A stretch of 63,999 bases of DNA, filler included, from Octopus bimaculoides (lineage: Eukaryota): assembly GCF_001194135.2 (NCBI RefSeq). It is 5 parts of 5 records of this genome, joined end to end, with 100 filler letters (N's around TTAATTAATTAA, not from the genome) between each part and the next. Parts side by side here need not be neighbours in the genome. Positions count along the whole stretch, not along the records: positions 19,495 to 27,233 come from NC_069004.1; positions 27,334 to 48,305 come from NC_068981.1; 3 more parts are not named here. One strand, given 5' to 3'. The first letter of the stretch is position 1. Every line of letters begins with the position of its first letter. A model generated the notes under the pieces. It was not told the DNA's origin. It saw only the letters and a list, made by a program, of their open reading frames with translations, and ran no database searches. The translations under genes were made by a program, and so were the position numbers. Shown piece after piece: positions 25,037 to 38,165 of this stretch.

Positions 25037-25220
25037 TGTTGGATTATTATAACGCCCACTTCGGTGTACAGAATACTTAGTAAAACCAGTAAAGACATGA
25101 CTATCTCTGACCGCCTAATACGTACTCTGGTACTTCACGTACTTCTCTTTACTCATAGTGACTAGGTTATTCCATTCGTCACGCGGGAGGGTGCACTATT
25201 ATTACTAATTCCCTACAACA
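25037..25220 (-). mobile_element. 5' LTR of the Gypsy element (184 bp)
   Basis: tgttg...caaca inverted termini, upstream of PBS and gag. Confidence 0.7.
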
Positions 25221-25698
25221 CAAACATACACACGTACATACATACACACACAAACACACACACACATTATTTATATTATTATATGATTGAACGCCACGCG
25301 TCCTCTTCCAAGTAAGTTTTATCTTAAGGATTCTGATGCGCACTCTATACGATCTTTTTACTCTTTCGTTTTTCTCTCTTTTTCTATCTCTTATTCTTTT
25401 ACCTCCTCTTCTTCCACTATTCTATCCTNNNNNNNNNNTCTATCTCTTATTCTTTTACCTCCTCTTCTTCCACTATTCTATCCTATTACTCTGTCACTCT
25501 CTCTCCCTCACTCCTCCTCCTTTGCTCACGTGGCTCCCACATGACCATCGGCTATCTTTCTTTCTTTCCGTTGTAGCTGGAACAAGGAAGACATGTTCTT
25601 CGTTGTCTCCTGTCCACACTTGAATTACGCGTCCGCCACCACAACCTCGTTTAGGCTTAGCAGCCCTTCCTGTTTGTTTTCACTGTCCTCTTTTTGTT

Positions 25699-25782
<84 letters not shown>

Positions 25783-25806
25783 TACATACACACACACACA
25801 CATACA

Positions 25807-26018
25807 TATTTATATGCAGTTATATGTCCAGTCATAGAGTGACCAATGGTTTCGTAATAAAGGGCTTAGCCCCATGGACGACTTGCCAGGCTCTAAAGTT
25901 GATGGCATATAATTCTTCAACTTTAGGAGGTAGGAATCCGTTATGGTCCCGGAGCTTGATGGATGTGAAACCATTGGTTACTCTATGGCCGGACATTGGA
26001 ATTAACTGCATATAAATA
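25807..26018. repeat. Degenerate ~210-bp palindrome (fold-back)
   Basis: 25825-25854 vs 25966-25995 match 26/30; outer 16-mer 25807-25822 vs 26003-26018 perfect; central ctaaagttga/tcaactttag. Confidence 0.85.
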
Positions 26019-26917
26019 CATTACTGCTCTATGTTTTAGAGTGTGCTTCTGTTTCGGCTATATGATACACTAACGATATATATATATACATAGAAAAGTG
26101 GGGCGATAATGAGGTGGACGAAATGAGGCATTGGATGTAAAAACACAAACCCAAATAATGGGTTAATTACGTTCACTTATATTTGTGAAATACAGTTGTT
26201 TTGTATTTGCTGCAGAAAGTGGTCTATGTTTGTGATGGTGAGTTTGGGAATGTGGCCTGGGTGTCAAAGGGGCGGCAGCCTGAAAAGGTTTGGGAACCAC
26301 TGGTCAAAACCCTTTCAACGTTGTGCCCCACCATGGCCGCAGTCTAACGACTGAAGTAAGGGACATAGTGGAAAACTGTGTGAAGGGAGGTAACTCTGAG
26401 ATTAAACACCAACAATTATGTTGATGTCCAGCCTTGAGTTTTAAATGAGTGGACCCCTTTTTTAACGTTTTTTTTGTTTTGTTTTTTCAACCACTGGACT
26501 GCAGCCATGCTAGGGCATTACTTTAGAGGGTTCAATCGAACAACTCAACTCTAGTAATTGTTCTATCGATTTTTTTAATACTAAATTACGAGGACAGAAA
26601 AAGACCTACTTTATTTTATCAAGGATGAAAAAAACCTTTACAAACTATTTATATTATCACAACTGCCTCTTGAATAGTGTCCGAATGTCCCTTGATGTAG
26701 CGTTTATGTGCATTTAGTTGGTTCATTTGCAGTACTTATTCATCCGAGGTAGTCATCCTTTTCCATCTTTGTTCAAGGTTTTACCCGTTCAGGTCAATGA
26801 AATGAAATGAACGTTCAAGTGTAAAATAGTCCTTCTGAAAGTATATTCTCGGTGAGGGACCATAAATTCTTGGGTTCCATGCCAGTAGAGATTACTTTGA
26901 GATACGATATTTCTACA

Positions 26918-27133
26918 TTTTGTTGTTGTTGGCACTCCGTCGCTTTCGACGTCAAGGGTTCCAGTTGATCCGATCAACGGAACAGCCTGCTCGTGAAATT
27001 AACGTGCAAGTGGCTGAGCACGCCACAGACACGTGTACCCTTAACGTAGTTCTCGGGGATATTCAGCGTGACACAGAGTGTGACAAGGCTGACCCTTTGA
27101 AATACAGGTACAACAGAAACAAGAAGTAAGAGT
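26918..27133 (-). mobile_element. SINE family C, 5'-truncated, 12-bp TSD
   Basis: gatatttctaca at 26906-26917 and 27134-27145; (caa)n tail. Confidence 0.9.
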
Positions 27134-27976
27134 GATATTTCTACAATGCCAGTACTATTAAACATAGAATGATCTTTTGGCGGTCCGGTGTTCACGACTG
27201 GAGATGGGCATAAGGAGCCCGAAACAATTCGGTNNNNNNNNNNNNNNNNNNNNNNNNNNNNNNNNNNNNNNNNNNNNTTAATTAATTAANNNNNNNNNNN
27301 NNNNNNNNNNNNNNNNNNNNNNNNNNNNNNNNNTATTTCGCCTGCGGTACATCACTGAAATAATTTTTTTTTTTTGAAATTTACAGTGCATTGTAGGGAA
27401 TGGCTGGAAGCCTTCGAAGTCACTATGAATATGAGTAAGGTTATAAAGAAAATTTTATATTCGTTGAGAATTATGATTATTGTATTCTACGTCTCCTTTC
27501 TACAGTGATCGTCCGCTATTTTTCATAGCACTTCTTTTTTCACATAATGCATATATGTATATACATGCATACATATAAACATGTATACTTATAATATATA
27601 TTTGTATGCTTGCGAGTGTGTGTGTGTGTGTGTGTTTTACAGCGTGTTTGCATATGTATATGTGTCTGTGTGCGCGTGCATGCAAGATATGAAAAAAAAT
27701 TACGAAGAGATATGAAATGTGTACTTAAGAACTACCAAAGTTCTTTGATCCCACAGTGTTAGCTAACAGAGAGGTATGTGGTTCTGATAAGCTAAATGAT
27801 GACTACAAAAAAAAAAAGAAAAAAAAGAAAAAAAAAAACACATCAAGAAGGAATAGGCGCTAATATTGCTGTCTATAATCATTATCATTCGTTCTTATCA
27901 AAATTTAAACACCGGCATCTTTTGTCGTGTTGGCCGTTGTTGTCGTGATCACTATCAATATTATCATCATCATCAC

Positions 27977-28038
<62 letters not shown>

Positions 28039-28319
28039 NNNNNNNNNNNNNNNNNNNNNNNNNNNNNNNNNNNNNNNNNNNNNNNNNNNNNNNNNNNNNN
28101 NNNNNNNNNNNNNNNNNNNNNNNNNNNNNNNNNNNNNNNNNNNNNNNNNNNNNNNNNNNNNNNNNNNNNNNNNNNNNNNNNNNNNNNNNNNNNNNNNNNN
28201 NNNNNNNNNNNNNNNNNNNNNNNNNNNNNNNNNNNNNNNNNNNNNNNNNNNNNNNNNNNNNNNNNNNNNNNNNNNNNNNNNNNNNNNNNNNNNNNNNNNN
28301 NNNNNNNNNNNNNNNNNNN

Positions 28320-28355
<36 letters not shown>

Positions 28356-28358
<3 letters not shown>

Positions 28359-28578
28359 GGAGTAAGCACATGAAATGTGCAACAAGGTGGAAAAAAGAGT
28401 ACTCAAATACCAGAGGTAGAGTAATGTGCTTTATTTAAAAGCAGCAGAAATATAACAAAAAAAACCGTTACTCTGAGTTTCACGTTCCCGTTCATCTAAC
28501 AAAACTGTCCGATGAACGGGAACGTGAAACTCAGAGTAACAGTTTTTTTTGTTATATTTCTGCTGCTTTTAAATAAAG
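28356..28578. mobile_element. Penelope-like terminal-repeat cassette with 68-bp inverted arms
   Basis: 28429-28496 vs 28511-28578 match 67/68 with a 14-nt spacer; contains a hammerhead. Confidence 0.75.
28501..28546 (+). ncRNA. Type I hammerhead ribozyme motif, apparently intact
   Basis: aaaactgt-CCGATGA-acg(ggaa)cgt-GAAA-ctc(a)gag-TA-acagtttt: 8-bp helix I, 3-bp helix II, near-palindromic helix III, GUA site after 28538. Confidence 0.75.
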
Positions 28579-29544
28579 TATATATATATATATATATATA
28601 TTTATACTATGAATACGTTATACATTGTATAATATGTAAATATATATTACAGTTAATATATATTAATACATATGTATGCATGTATGTATGTATGCATGTA
28701 TGTACATATACATGTATGTATGTAAGTATGCATGTATGTACATATACATGTATGTATGTAAGTATGCGTGTGTGTATGTAAGTAAGTGTGTGTGTGTATG
28801 TATTTATGCATGTATGTAAATATGGCAGTATGCACTCGAACGCATAGGAAGAGTGAGAAAGAGACATTACACAGTAAGGAGAGAGAGAGAGAGGGAGAGA
28901 AGGGGGGACGGAGACTGAGAGACAGACAGACAGGCTCATATGCAGACTCATAATCAGACAGACGGACAGATTTTTAATAATTTTTACTTCATTTCGCTCT
29001 TGATTATGTATGCATTGTTATATGAATGCATGTGTATATATGAGAGAGAATGCGTATTTTGCCTGCTTAGCGAACAATTCTTATAATGTGTTATAATCCA
29101 TCTGTTGCATTCTGTTCATTTCAGTGCCAGATTAATGATTTCTGTACTCACATTGGTGACACCCGGAAAGCTATGGGTTTGTCACTTTGTGCCTAATCAC
29201 TTACCACACAGTCACTCCTACGCCTCTAAAAATATTTACCTTATTTTCCTTTAACATATCTTCTGTTTCATTAAAGTGCACAACCACCACCACCATCAAT
29301 AAGCAGACCTGCATATTATTTGTAAGCTATCCAAACATTTTGAAGTAAATATTATATGTTGTACGGTACCAGTAATATAATACGTTGTTGGATTTTGTCT
29401 TTTTGATCATCGCAATAAATAATGCCGGTGTATGAGTCAATGTCCATGTGTCCCGTGGCTGGACAAAACAAATAAGACATTTCATTTAGTTCTTTGAATC
29501 TAATTCAACGAGATTTTAGAATCATCATCGACATCATTGTCACT

Positions 29545-30052
29545 AATGGCGAGATGGCTGAAACGTTATCACGCCAGGCAAGATGGTTTACGCTCCGAGT
29601 TCAAATTTAGCCTTTCATACTTTTGCGGTCGATAAAGTACATACCCGAAATAGCTAACCTTGTGCCAAAATTTGCAGATATTATTGGCGAGCAGGCAGAA
29701 TCGTTAGCACGCCGGGAAAAATGCTTAGCGTCATTTCGTCCGGTTTTACGTTCTGCCTCCAGGGTCGATAAAATAAGTACCAGTCGAGCATTGGGATCGA
29801 GGAAATCGTTTTACGCCATCACTCGAAGTTGCTGGTCTTGAAATCTTTATTGAGCTGGCAGAATCGTAAGCGCGTTGGACGAAATTCTTAGCGTTATTTC
29901 ACCCGTCGCTACGTTATGAGTTCAAATTTCACTGAGATTGACTTTACCTTTCATCCTTTCGGGGCAGATAAAATAGTATCAGTTGAACTTTGGGGTCGGT
30001 GTAATCGACTCATCCCCACCCCCCAAATTGCTGCCCTTATGTCAAAATTTAT
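29545..30052 (+). mobile_element. Cluster of three deleted or degenerate family A SINEs
   Basis: Heads at about 29548, 29690 and 29853 with partial cores. Confidence 0.8.
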
Positions 30053-30055
30053 AAC

Positions 30056-30104
<49 letters not shown>

Positions 30105-30438
30105 GTTGTTGTTGTTGTTATCATTATCATTATCAGCATCAGCATTATGATGACTATCGTTTGGCAGAGAGTGGCTGTAGTACCGGAAAAAGGCTTTGAA
30201 CCGAAGTTAAGTCCCTTTGCGCTCTTCATCGCCAGCTTCACTTGAGTTCAACTTTAATACTATGCAAATGCTATAAATTAATTTAGCATTCAATCACCGT
30301 GACCGATTTCGCAGGCTAGTTAGACACTCTAAAGCTTTATAAATTTTCACTTAAATGTGTTTGTGTGTGTGTGTGTGTATTTCTCTGTGTGTGTCAGTTG
30401 GTGCATTCTATAATTATATTTTTAAATATGCTTAAATA

Positions 30439-30820
30439 GGCGTAGGAGTGACTGTGTGGTAAGTAGCTTGTTTACGAACCACATGGTTCTAGGCTCAGTC
30501 CCACTGTGTGGCACTTTGGGCAAGTGTCTTCTACTATATCGTCAGGCCGACCAAAGCCTTGTGAGTGGATTTGGTAGACAGAAACTGAAAGGAGCCCGTC
30601 GTATATGTTTGTGTGTCTGTGTTTGTCCACCCAGCATCACTTGACAACTGATGCTGGTGTGTTTACGTCCCCGTAACTTAGCGGTTCGGCATAAGTGACC
30701 GATAGAATAAGTACTAGGCTTACAACGAATAAGTCCTGGGATCGACTTGTTCGACTATAAAGGCGGTGCTCCAGCATGGCCGCAGTCAAATGACTGCAAC
30801 AAGTAAAAGAGTAAAAGAGT
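30439..30820 (+). mobile_element. SINE family B, full length
   Basis: Head, CORE-like segment, short microsatellite and tail all present. Confidence 0.92.
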
Positions 30821-31233
30821 ATATGTGTGTGAGTGTGTGAGTATGTGTGTGAGTGTGTGAGTATGTGTGTGAGTGTGTGAGTATGTGTGTGTGTAAACGT
30901 ATGCATGTATATATGTATGTATGTGTGCATGCATGTATGCTAAATGTATGTGTGCTCGTGTGTATTTTCTTATCTTTATGCATGTTCTTATTTACCTTTA
31001 TGAGCACGACGTGATTAAACATGGAGGAACTATTTTAGCATTACAATGCATTAACATTTATGAAGGTGTAACATTCATCTTAGAATAGACTCATATCTGA
31101 TATATGTAAATACCGCGGTAGCTGATTATTTATATAGTATACGTACGTTTGAACGTAGACGACCACGTATATATGTGTGTCTACTTAGATACATATATTT
31201 ATATGCATACATGTATAGAGCATATACATACGA

Positions 31234-31280
<47 letters not shown>

Positions 31281-31690
31281 TACAAATGTGCATATATATA
31301 AATATATAGATATTTATTTATATATAGACACACAGACACATACATACCTATATATATGTGTGTAATATATATATATATCTATATATATATATGTGTGTGT
31401 ATATATACACACATACATACATATAGATACATACATGCAAACACACACACACGCACACACACGCATATATACATTTGCATATACATATATATATAAATAC
31501 ATACATGCGTACATACACATACGCAGTCACACACACACACACACATAAACACAACACACTCACATGCACAGACATACGCACACATATATTTATATATCAT
31601 GCGAGATTAATACATGGAGTTACAGAGATCAACAAACTTTGGTAATTTTAATGATAAGCAATAGACAGGTTTCAAAAATACACTCTTCAT

Positions 31691-31747
<57 letters not shown>

Positions 31748-32569
31748 GCAGAATCACAGACAAACATCGTGTGAGTAAGATCGTGCATGTGTGTGTTTGT
31801 GTGAGTGTATTTAATGCGCATACACAAACACTTATGTAAATATACACATGCATTTGTATGCATACTTCAAATTTTATTGACTTTAAATATTCCCTATGTC
31901 TGTAAACATATTCTCATGAATATGCATCCATTTACAAAGCCATATAGCAATTTCTGCCACACAAGACTTGATACAAAATGGCATGAGGTCAAACACTTGA
32001 ATACCTGTAAAACAGCCGCTATACNNNNNNNNNNNNNNNNNNNNNNNNNNNNNNNNNNNNNNNNNNNNNNNNNNNATATATATATATATATATATATATA
32101 TAATCAGTAATATTTGTCTGATTTTATGATGTCTGAAATGCGCAATTATACTCAGGCATTGCAGTAAAGATATGTTTATATGTAAGTATAACAGTTGCAC
32201 CTGTATTTTATTGTACCTCTATTTGTGCACAATATCACAGCTTTCTTTGTACACCAGACAATATTCAGTTCAGTTTCTATACGACAAAAGCGATTTCGTC
32301 TTTGAACTCTAACTGATACTTGTGTGCAATATAACCGATTGGCATTTATTTATAATATAATGGTCCTCCTACAATCTTTCTCTCTAATGCGACAGTGTCT
32401 ATATGATATAACTGTGTCTCTAAAATATAGCAATATAGCTACTGTAACTGTATGCACTGTGTAATTGCCTCTAAAATCTAAGTGCATCTACAGTGCAACA
32501 GTATCAATATATGTGTAATGGCGTTTTTACGATTTAATGGTATCACTAGAGAGTAGCTTTATCTCTATA

Positions 32570-32935
32570 GGCGCAGGCATGGCTATGTGGTTGAGAAGCT
32601 CGCTTCACTGCCACGTAGTTTCGGGTTTAATACGAGTACGCCGTCTCTTGGGCAAGTGCCTTCTGCCATAGCCCAAAGCCCAAAGCAAGGGCTTTCTGCC
32701 ATAGCCAAAGCTTGTGAGGGAATCTGTCAGATGAAAAGTGTGTAAAATCCAGCTGTATGTGTGTGTGTCCTCCTCCTAGCACTGAACGACCAGTATTGGG
32801 TTGTTTACGTCCCCTTTCATTAACGGTTTAGCAAAAAGCAACAGATGACAAGAAAAAATGTACTGGATTCGATGATTTCGGCTAAATCTTTGAAAGAACT
32901 GCCCCAGCATAATGGGTAGAACAAGTAAAGGAGAT
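32570..32935 (+). mobile_element. SINE family B, old degenerate copy
   Basis: ggcgcaggcatggctatgtggtt, ttgggcaagtgccttct, gtttacgtcccc, ccccagcat. Confidence 0.75.
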
Positions 32936-33494
32936 AGCGTAACTGTTTCACTCTTTCTACAATAAAACAGATTATTTGCAGTGTATTGGTCTCTACGGAG
33001 CAATATTGTCTCAACATTGTAAAATGACATTACAGCGTAATGATATCTCTACCTTGCAACAAGTTGAGTCTCGCAGAATAACTGTCTCTGTAGTGTGACA
33101 GTGACCAAATAGTTTTACACTGTCATTATAACGTAGTAGCTCACTGTCTGTTACAATTTCACCAACTACCCGTATTGTGCATAAAATATATGTCCATTGA
33201 ATGATGCTCAAATAGTAACAAATCTTTACTAAGTCAACAAGTCTAAATTTTTACGGTGTACACTGAAACCTGCAACGGATTCACTTGTGCGCATTCTAGC
33301 AGATTCACATGTATATCGAACATATTCATTGTAACATGTATTGTTGTACTCAAAGGAAGATCCACTTCTGAAAAGTATAACGCGTATGGTGGTACACTAC
33401 AACACTTTCAGTATACTATAATAGCTATGCAGCTTTTGCGCTATAACAATTCATTTCATTATATTAAAAGAAATTGGTCCCTACTTGTAAAGTA

Positions 33495-34683
33495 TCAGGT
33501 TGAGTAAAAAGTAAGTAACGGTTTGAACCATGAAAAATTTGTACCGGATTTTGCAGAGTTTTGAACATTTTAAAATACTTTTTGGGAATTGTCGGATAAT
33601 ACAGGCACAGACAAGCCTAAATACATCAATAAATTAATATTGATATTTTTTCACCCTTGTTATAATCATCTGAAATAAACTGTCAAAACGCGATATTCGA
33701 ACAATTTTGCTATTCAACTTCAAAAAAAGGACGTAAAGCAGCTGAAACTGCTCGCGATATCAAAGAAACGTTTGGTGAGGAAATGACCAGTGAGTGATCA
33801 GCTCGAAAATGGTTGAAACGATTTCGCAATGGGGACCTGAGCATTGAAGATCGTGAGTGTAGTGGACGACCATCTGTCATCGATGACAGTCAGTTAAAGA
33901 CCGTCATTGGGAAAGATCCACGTAAAATCATTCGAGAACTGGCAAAAGAACTTCAAGTTAGCCAGAAAACCGCCTGCGACTATTTGAATGCGATCGAAAA
34001 ATCAAAAAAGCTCAACAAATGAGTAACCAGACTGATCCATTTCTCGATCGTATTGTAACTTGCGATGAAAAGTGGATTCTGTACAATAATATAAAACATT
34101 CTTCGCAGTGGTTGGACCAAAATGAAGCACCGAAAACCTTCCATAAACCCGAAGGTAATGATGACTGTTTGGTGGTGTACTGCTGGATTCATCTACTACA
34201 ACCTCTTAAAACACGGAAAAAACTATTACTGCAGAAACATTCCATTGCCATGAAATTGCCAAAATAAACGAAAAACTGCCATTCCTCCGTCCTAGACTGG
34301 TCAACAGAAGAGGGCCAATAATTCTTCATGATAATGCTCGACCATACGTTTCACAAACGACGCTCCAGATGTTGAGGTAACATGGCTACGAAGTTCTTTC
34401 CCACCCAGCTTATTCTCCAGATCTTTTTCCTACAGACTACTCTATTTTCAAACACCTTGATGGTTTCGTGCGAGAGAAGGAGTTCAAAAATCAAACCGAT
34501 GATGAAAGCACGTTCAAAGTGTTCATCAGCTCCAGAACTTCACATTATTATATTACCGGAATAAATAAACTTGTAACTCGTTGGTAAGAATATGTTGATT
34601 CTAATGATACTTACAGTATTGTTGAAATATGTTTGAGATGAATTTCATGTTTCAAAACGTTGCTTACTTTTTACACAGCCTGA
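33495..34683 (+). mobile_element. Near full-length mariner (1189 bp) with dead transposase
   Basis: 32-bp TIRs (28/32 match), TA on both flanks; peptides FRNGDLSIEDRECSGRP, DRIVTCDEKWILYNN, LHDNARP, HPAYSPDLFPTDY; deletion after LNK*V, stops and frameshifts. Confidence 0.95.
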
Positions 34684-35608
34684 TACAAGAGATGCCATGC
34701 AACAGTGCTATATCTGCAGCGCGAGATTCATGTTTTCACACCTGTATACACTTCAAATAAACCCATGTATATACACTGACAGTGTATAAAAATGGGTTCA
34801 TTTCAGGTCTGTAATTCTCGACTGCAGTATGACAATGTTCTTTGACTGTTTAAGAAGCGTATTTGTATTGCAATACTGTAGTCATATTGCAGTTGGAGTC
34901 TACAGTCTGCCTATGCTTCCACAACTGCTAAATTTCCTCAAATGGCATCCTCTATCTGTAAAAATGAAACATTAAAATGTAGGACTGCAGAAAAAATATA
35001 AATAAATAAATAAAACAGACCATCACGGCTAGAATACTATTCATCATATGTTTGCTACTATTAAAACTTAGGTGAGATTAAACAACATCTGTAACACATA
35101 TATATATGTATAAAAATTATTGGTACATCTGTATAAATTATAACATCCAACGTACTTCGGTCTGATATCGATTATTAGCACATCTGTCATGTAAATTAGT
35201 GACCCAGATAAATGATAGGATATTCACCACTTATGTAAATCAATAACATCGATCCCACATTTTGTCTCAAACTAATTTTGTTAATCATAGGAGCAAGAAA
35301 AATAGTGTCTGTCATCATGACCTTTTTTTTAACGAGTCAGTTGTCTAAATGCTTAAAATGCAGTGCTTATTCATATCTAGCCACGGGCCAACGTACGCTA
35401 ACACCACCACCACCACCACCACTACCACTACCACTACCACCGCCATAATCATCAACATCATCAACATCTCAGCACACCATCATCACCACCACCACCAAGT
35501 ATTTTTAAAGTCTTGTAACGTCTAATATATTCTTTTGTAGTTTTATATCATCTGATCAATATTTATTTTTCAAATAAAATACTGCGGAGAGATTTGTTGA
35601 ATACCCTC

Positions 35609-35661
<53 letters not shown>

Positions 35662-36337
35662 NNNNNNNNNNNNNNNNNNNNNNNNNNNNNNNNNNNNNNN
35701 NNNNNNNNNNNNNNNNNNNNNNNNNNNNNNNNNNNNNNNNNNNNNNNNNNNNNNNNNNNNNNNNNNNNNNNNNNNNNNNNNNNNNNNNNNNNNNNNNNNN
35801 NNNNNNNNNNNNNNNNNNNNNNNNNNNNNNNNNNNNNNNNNNNNNNNNNNNNNNNNNNNNNNNNNNNNNNNNNNNNNNNNNNNNNNNNNNNNNNNNNNNN
35901 NNNNNNNNNNNNNNNNNNNNNNNNNNNNNNNNNNNNNNNNNNNNNNNNNNNNNNNNNNNNNNNNNNNNNNNNNNNNNNNNNNNNNNNNNNNNNNNNNNNN
36001 NNNNNNNNNNNNNNNNNNNNNNNNNNNNNNNNNNNNNNNNNNNNNNNNNNNNNNNNNNNNNNNNNNNNNNNNNNNNNNNNNNNNNNNNNNNNNNNNNNNN
36101 NNNNNNNNNNNNNNNNNNNNNNNNNNNNNNNNNNNNNNNNNNNNNNNNNNNNNNNNNNNNNNNNNNNNNNNNNNNNNNNNNNNNNNNNNNNNNNNNNNNN
36201 NNNNNNNNNNNNNNNNNNNNNNNNNNNNNNNNNNNNNNNNNNNNNNNNNNNNNNNNNNNNNNNNNNNNNNNNNNNNNNNNNNNNNNNNNNNNNNNNNNNN
36301 NNNNNNNNNNNNNNNNNNNNNNNNNNNNNNNNNNNNN

Positions 36338-36383
<46 letters not shown>

Positions 36384-37280
36384 CATAATATATATATGTG
36401 TGTGTGTGTATGTGAATATATATGTACACATATATATATATGTATATGTATATGTGTATGTATGTGTGTGTTTGTGTATATGCGACGGGATTCTACACAG
36501 TTGCCTCTCATTAAAAATTTGCTAACAAGATAAAAACTGAGATCACAATAGAAACCACGTTCCAAATATTCACTCAGTGTGATCGAATCTAAAGGCTTTT
36601 AGTTGAGAAACAGACCCTTTAACCACTCAGCTTCGTCGGCACGTATATCTTCCTTTACTAATAAGACTTTTTATATGTATTTTTTAATAATAGAAAGAGT
36701 GAGAGAGAGAGAAAGTGAGAGAAAAAGAGAAAGTGAGAGAGAGAGAAAGTGAGAGAGAGAGAGAAAGTGAGAGAGAGAGAAAGTGAGAGAGAGAGAAAGT
36801 GAGAGAGAGATATCCTATATGCGCTCTCATGAGTGAGAGTATGCGTGTGTGAGTCAGTGCGCTTGTGTGTATGTGTGTGTGTTGGCGCGCATGTGTGAGA
36901 TAGGTTATGATTAAATGCAACCACAGGAGTCCGTAATATTTAAACATATCATCTGTAGAAATTGATGGAAGCATTGATGATATGCAGATATATGAACTTA
37001 GTGATGTGCATAATTTAGTGAACATATCTGCTCGGAATCCTATAGATTAATGCTTACATAACTATACAAACACGTGCACTGAGCACCAGAGCACAAATGC
37101 ACAAACAGATATTTGTTGCACCGTAATGCATCATTAAACGGATCGGTATTGACATTCTTATACATANNNNNNNNNNNNNNNNNNNNNNNNNNNNNNNNNN
37201 NNNNNNNNNNNNNNNNNNNNNNNNNNNNNNNNNNNNNNNNNNNNNNNNNNNNNNNNNNNNTAGATAGATAGACAGACGAG

Positions 37281-37376
<96 letters not shown>

Positions 37377-37442
37377 AAGAAAGATAGATATGCGAATATC
37401 TATATATATATGTATATACATACATATAGACATACATGTATT

Positions 37443-37840
37443 GGAGCAAGAGTGGCTACGTGGTTAGAAGTTTGCTTCTCAACCACATGGTTCCAAGTTC
37501 AAGCCTGGGCATGTGTCTTCTACTATAGCCCCAGGCAAATCTAAGCTTTTTAGTGGATTACGTAGAGAGAAAATGAAAAGAGCCTATCAATATGTGTGTG
37601 TATGTATGTGTGTATGTATGTATGTGTGTGTGTGTGTGTTTGCGTGCATGTGTTGACAACAAGTGTGTTTATTTGGTTATATCCCCATGTCTTACCAGAT
37701 TGGCAAAAGAGATCGATAAAATGTGTACCAGGCTTGAAGAATAAGCACTGGCATCAATTTCCTCGACGAAACCTTCCTAGGCAACAGTCTCAGTATGTTT
37801 GCAGTCCAATGACAAAAAACAGGTAGAAGATAAAAGATCT
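37443..37840 (+). mobile_element. SINE family B, degenerate
   Basis: Head, gtgtcttctactatagcccc, microsatellite, tail. Confidence 0.8.
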
Positions 37841-37859
37841 ACAACGATGAATAATAATG

Positions 37860-38165
37860 GTGGCGATGATCGTAAAAGACCAGACGAAAAGAGGAGGACT
37901 GGATCAATGTCTAAGCGATATTGAGATGGATGCAAATGACAACGAGGATCACGATGTTGAAAAGGATGAAACTGGTGGTGGTGGTGGTGGTGGTGGTGGA
38001 GGTGGTGGTCGTGGTGTTGGTCGTGGTAGTTGTCGTTGTCGTCGTGGCGTTCTTGGTGGGGCTGATCATGATAACGGGGATAATGACGATAATAGTGATG
38101 ATGACGACGACGAGGAGGAGGAGGAGGATAGAAACGCTAGTGATGGTGGTGGTGGTGGTGGTGGT
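37860..38165. repeat. (GGT)n/(GAT)n/(GAG)n low-complexity tract
   Basis: Direct reading; runs into a gap. Confidence 0.9.

Noticed and set aside
25383-25484. Perfect 46-bp direct repeat
   Set aside because: The copies flank a 10-N gap; unmerged contig overlap.
26589-27233. RTE-X or mariner remnants around the SINE at 26918
   Set aside because: Motif matches were too weak and frame-dependent to call.
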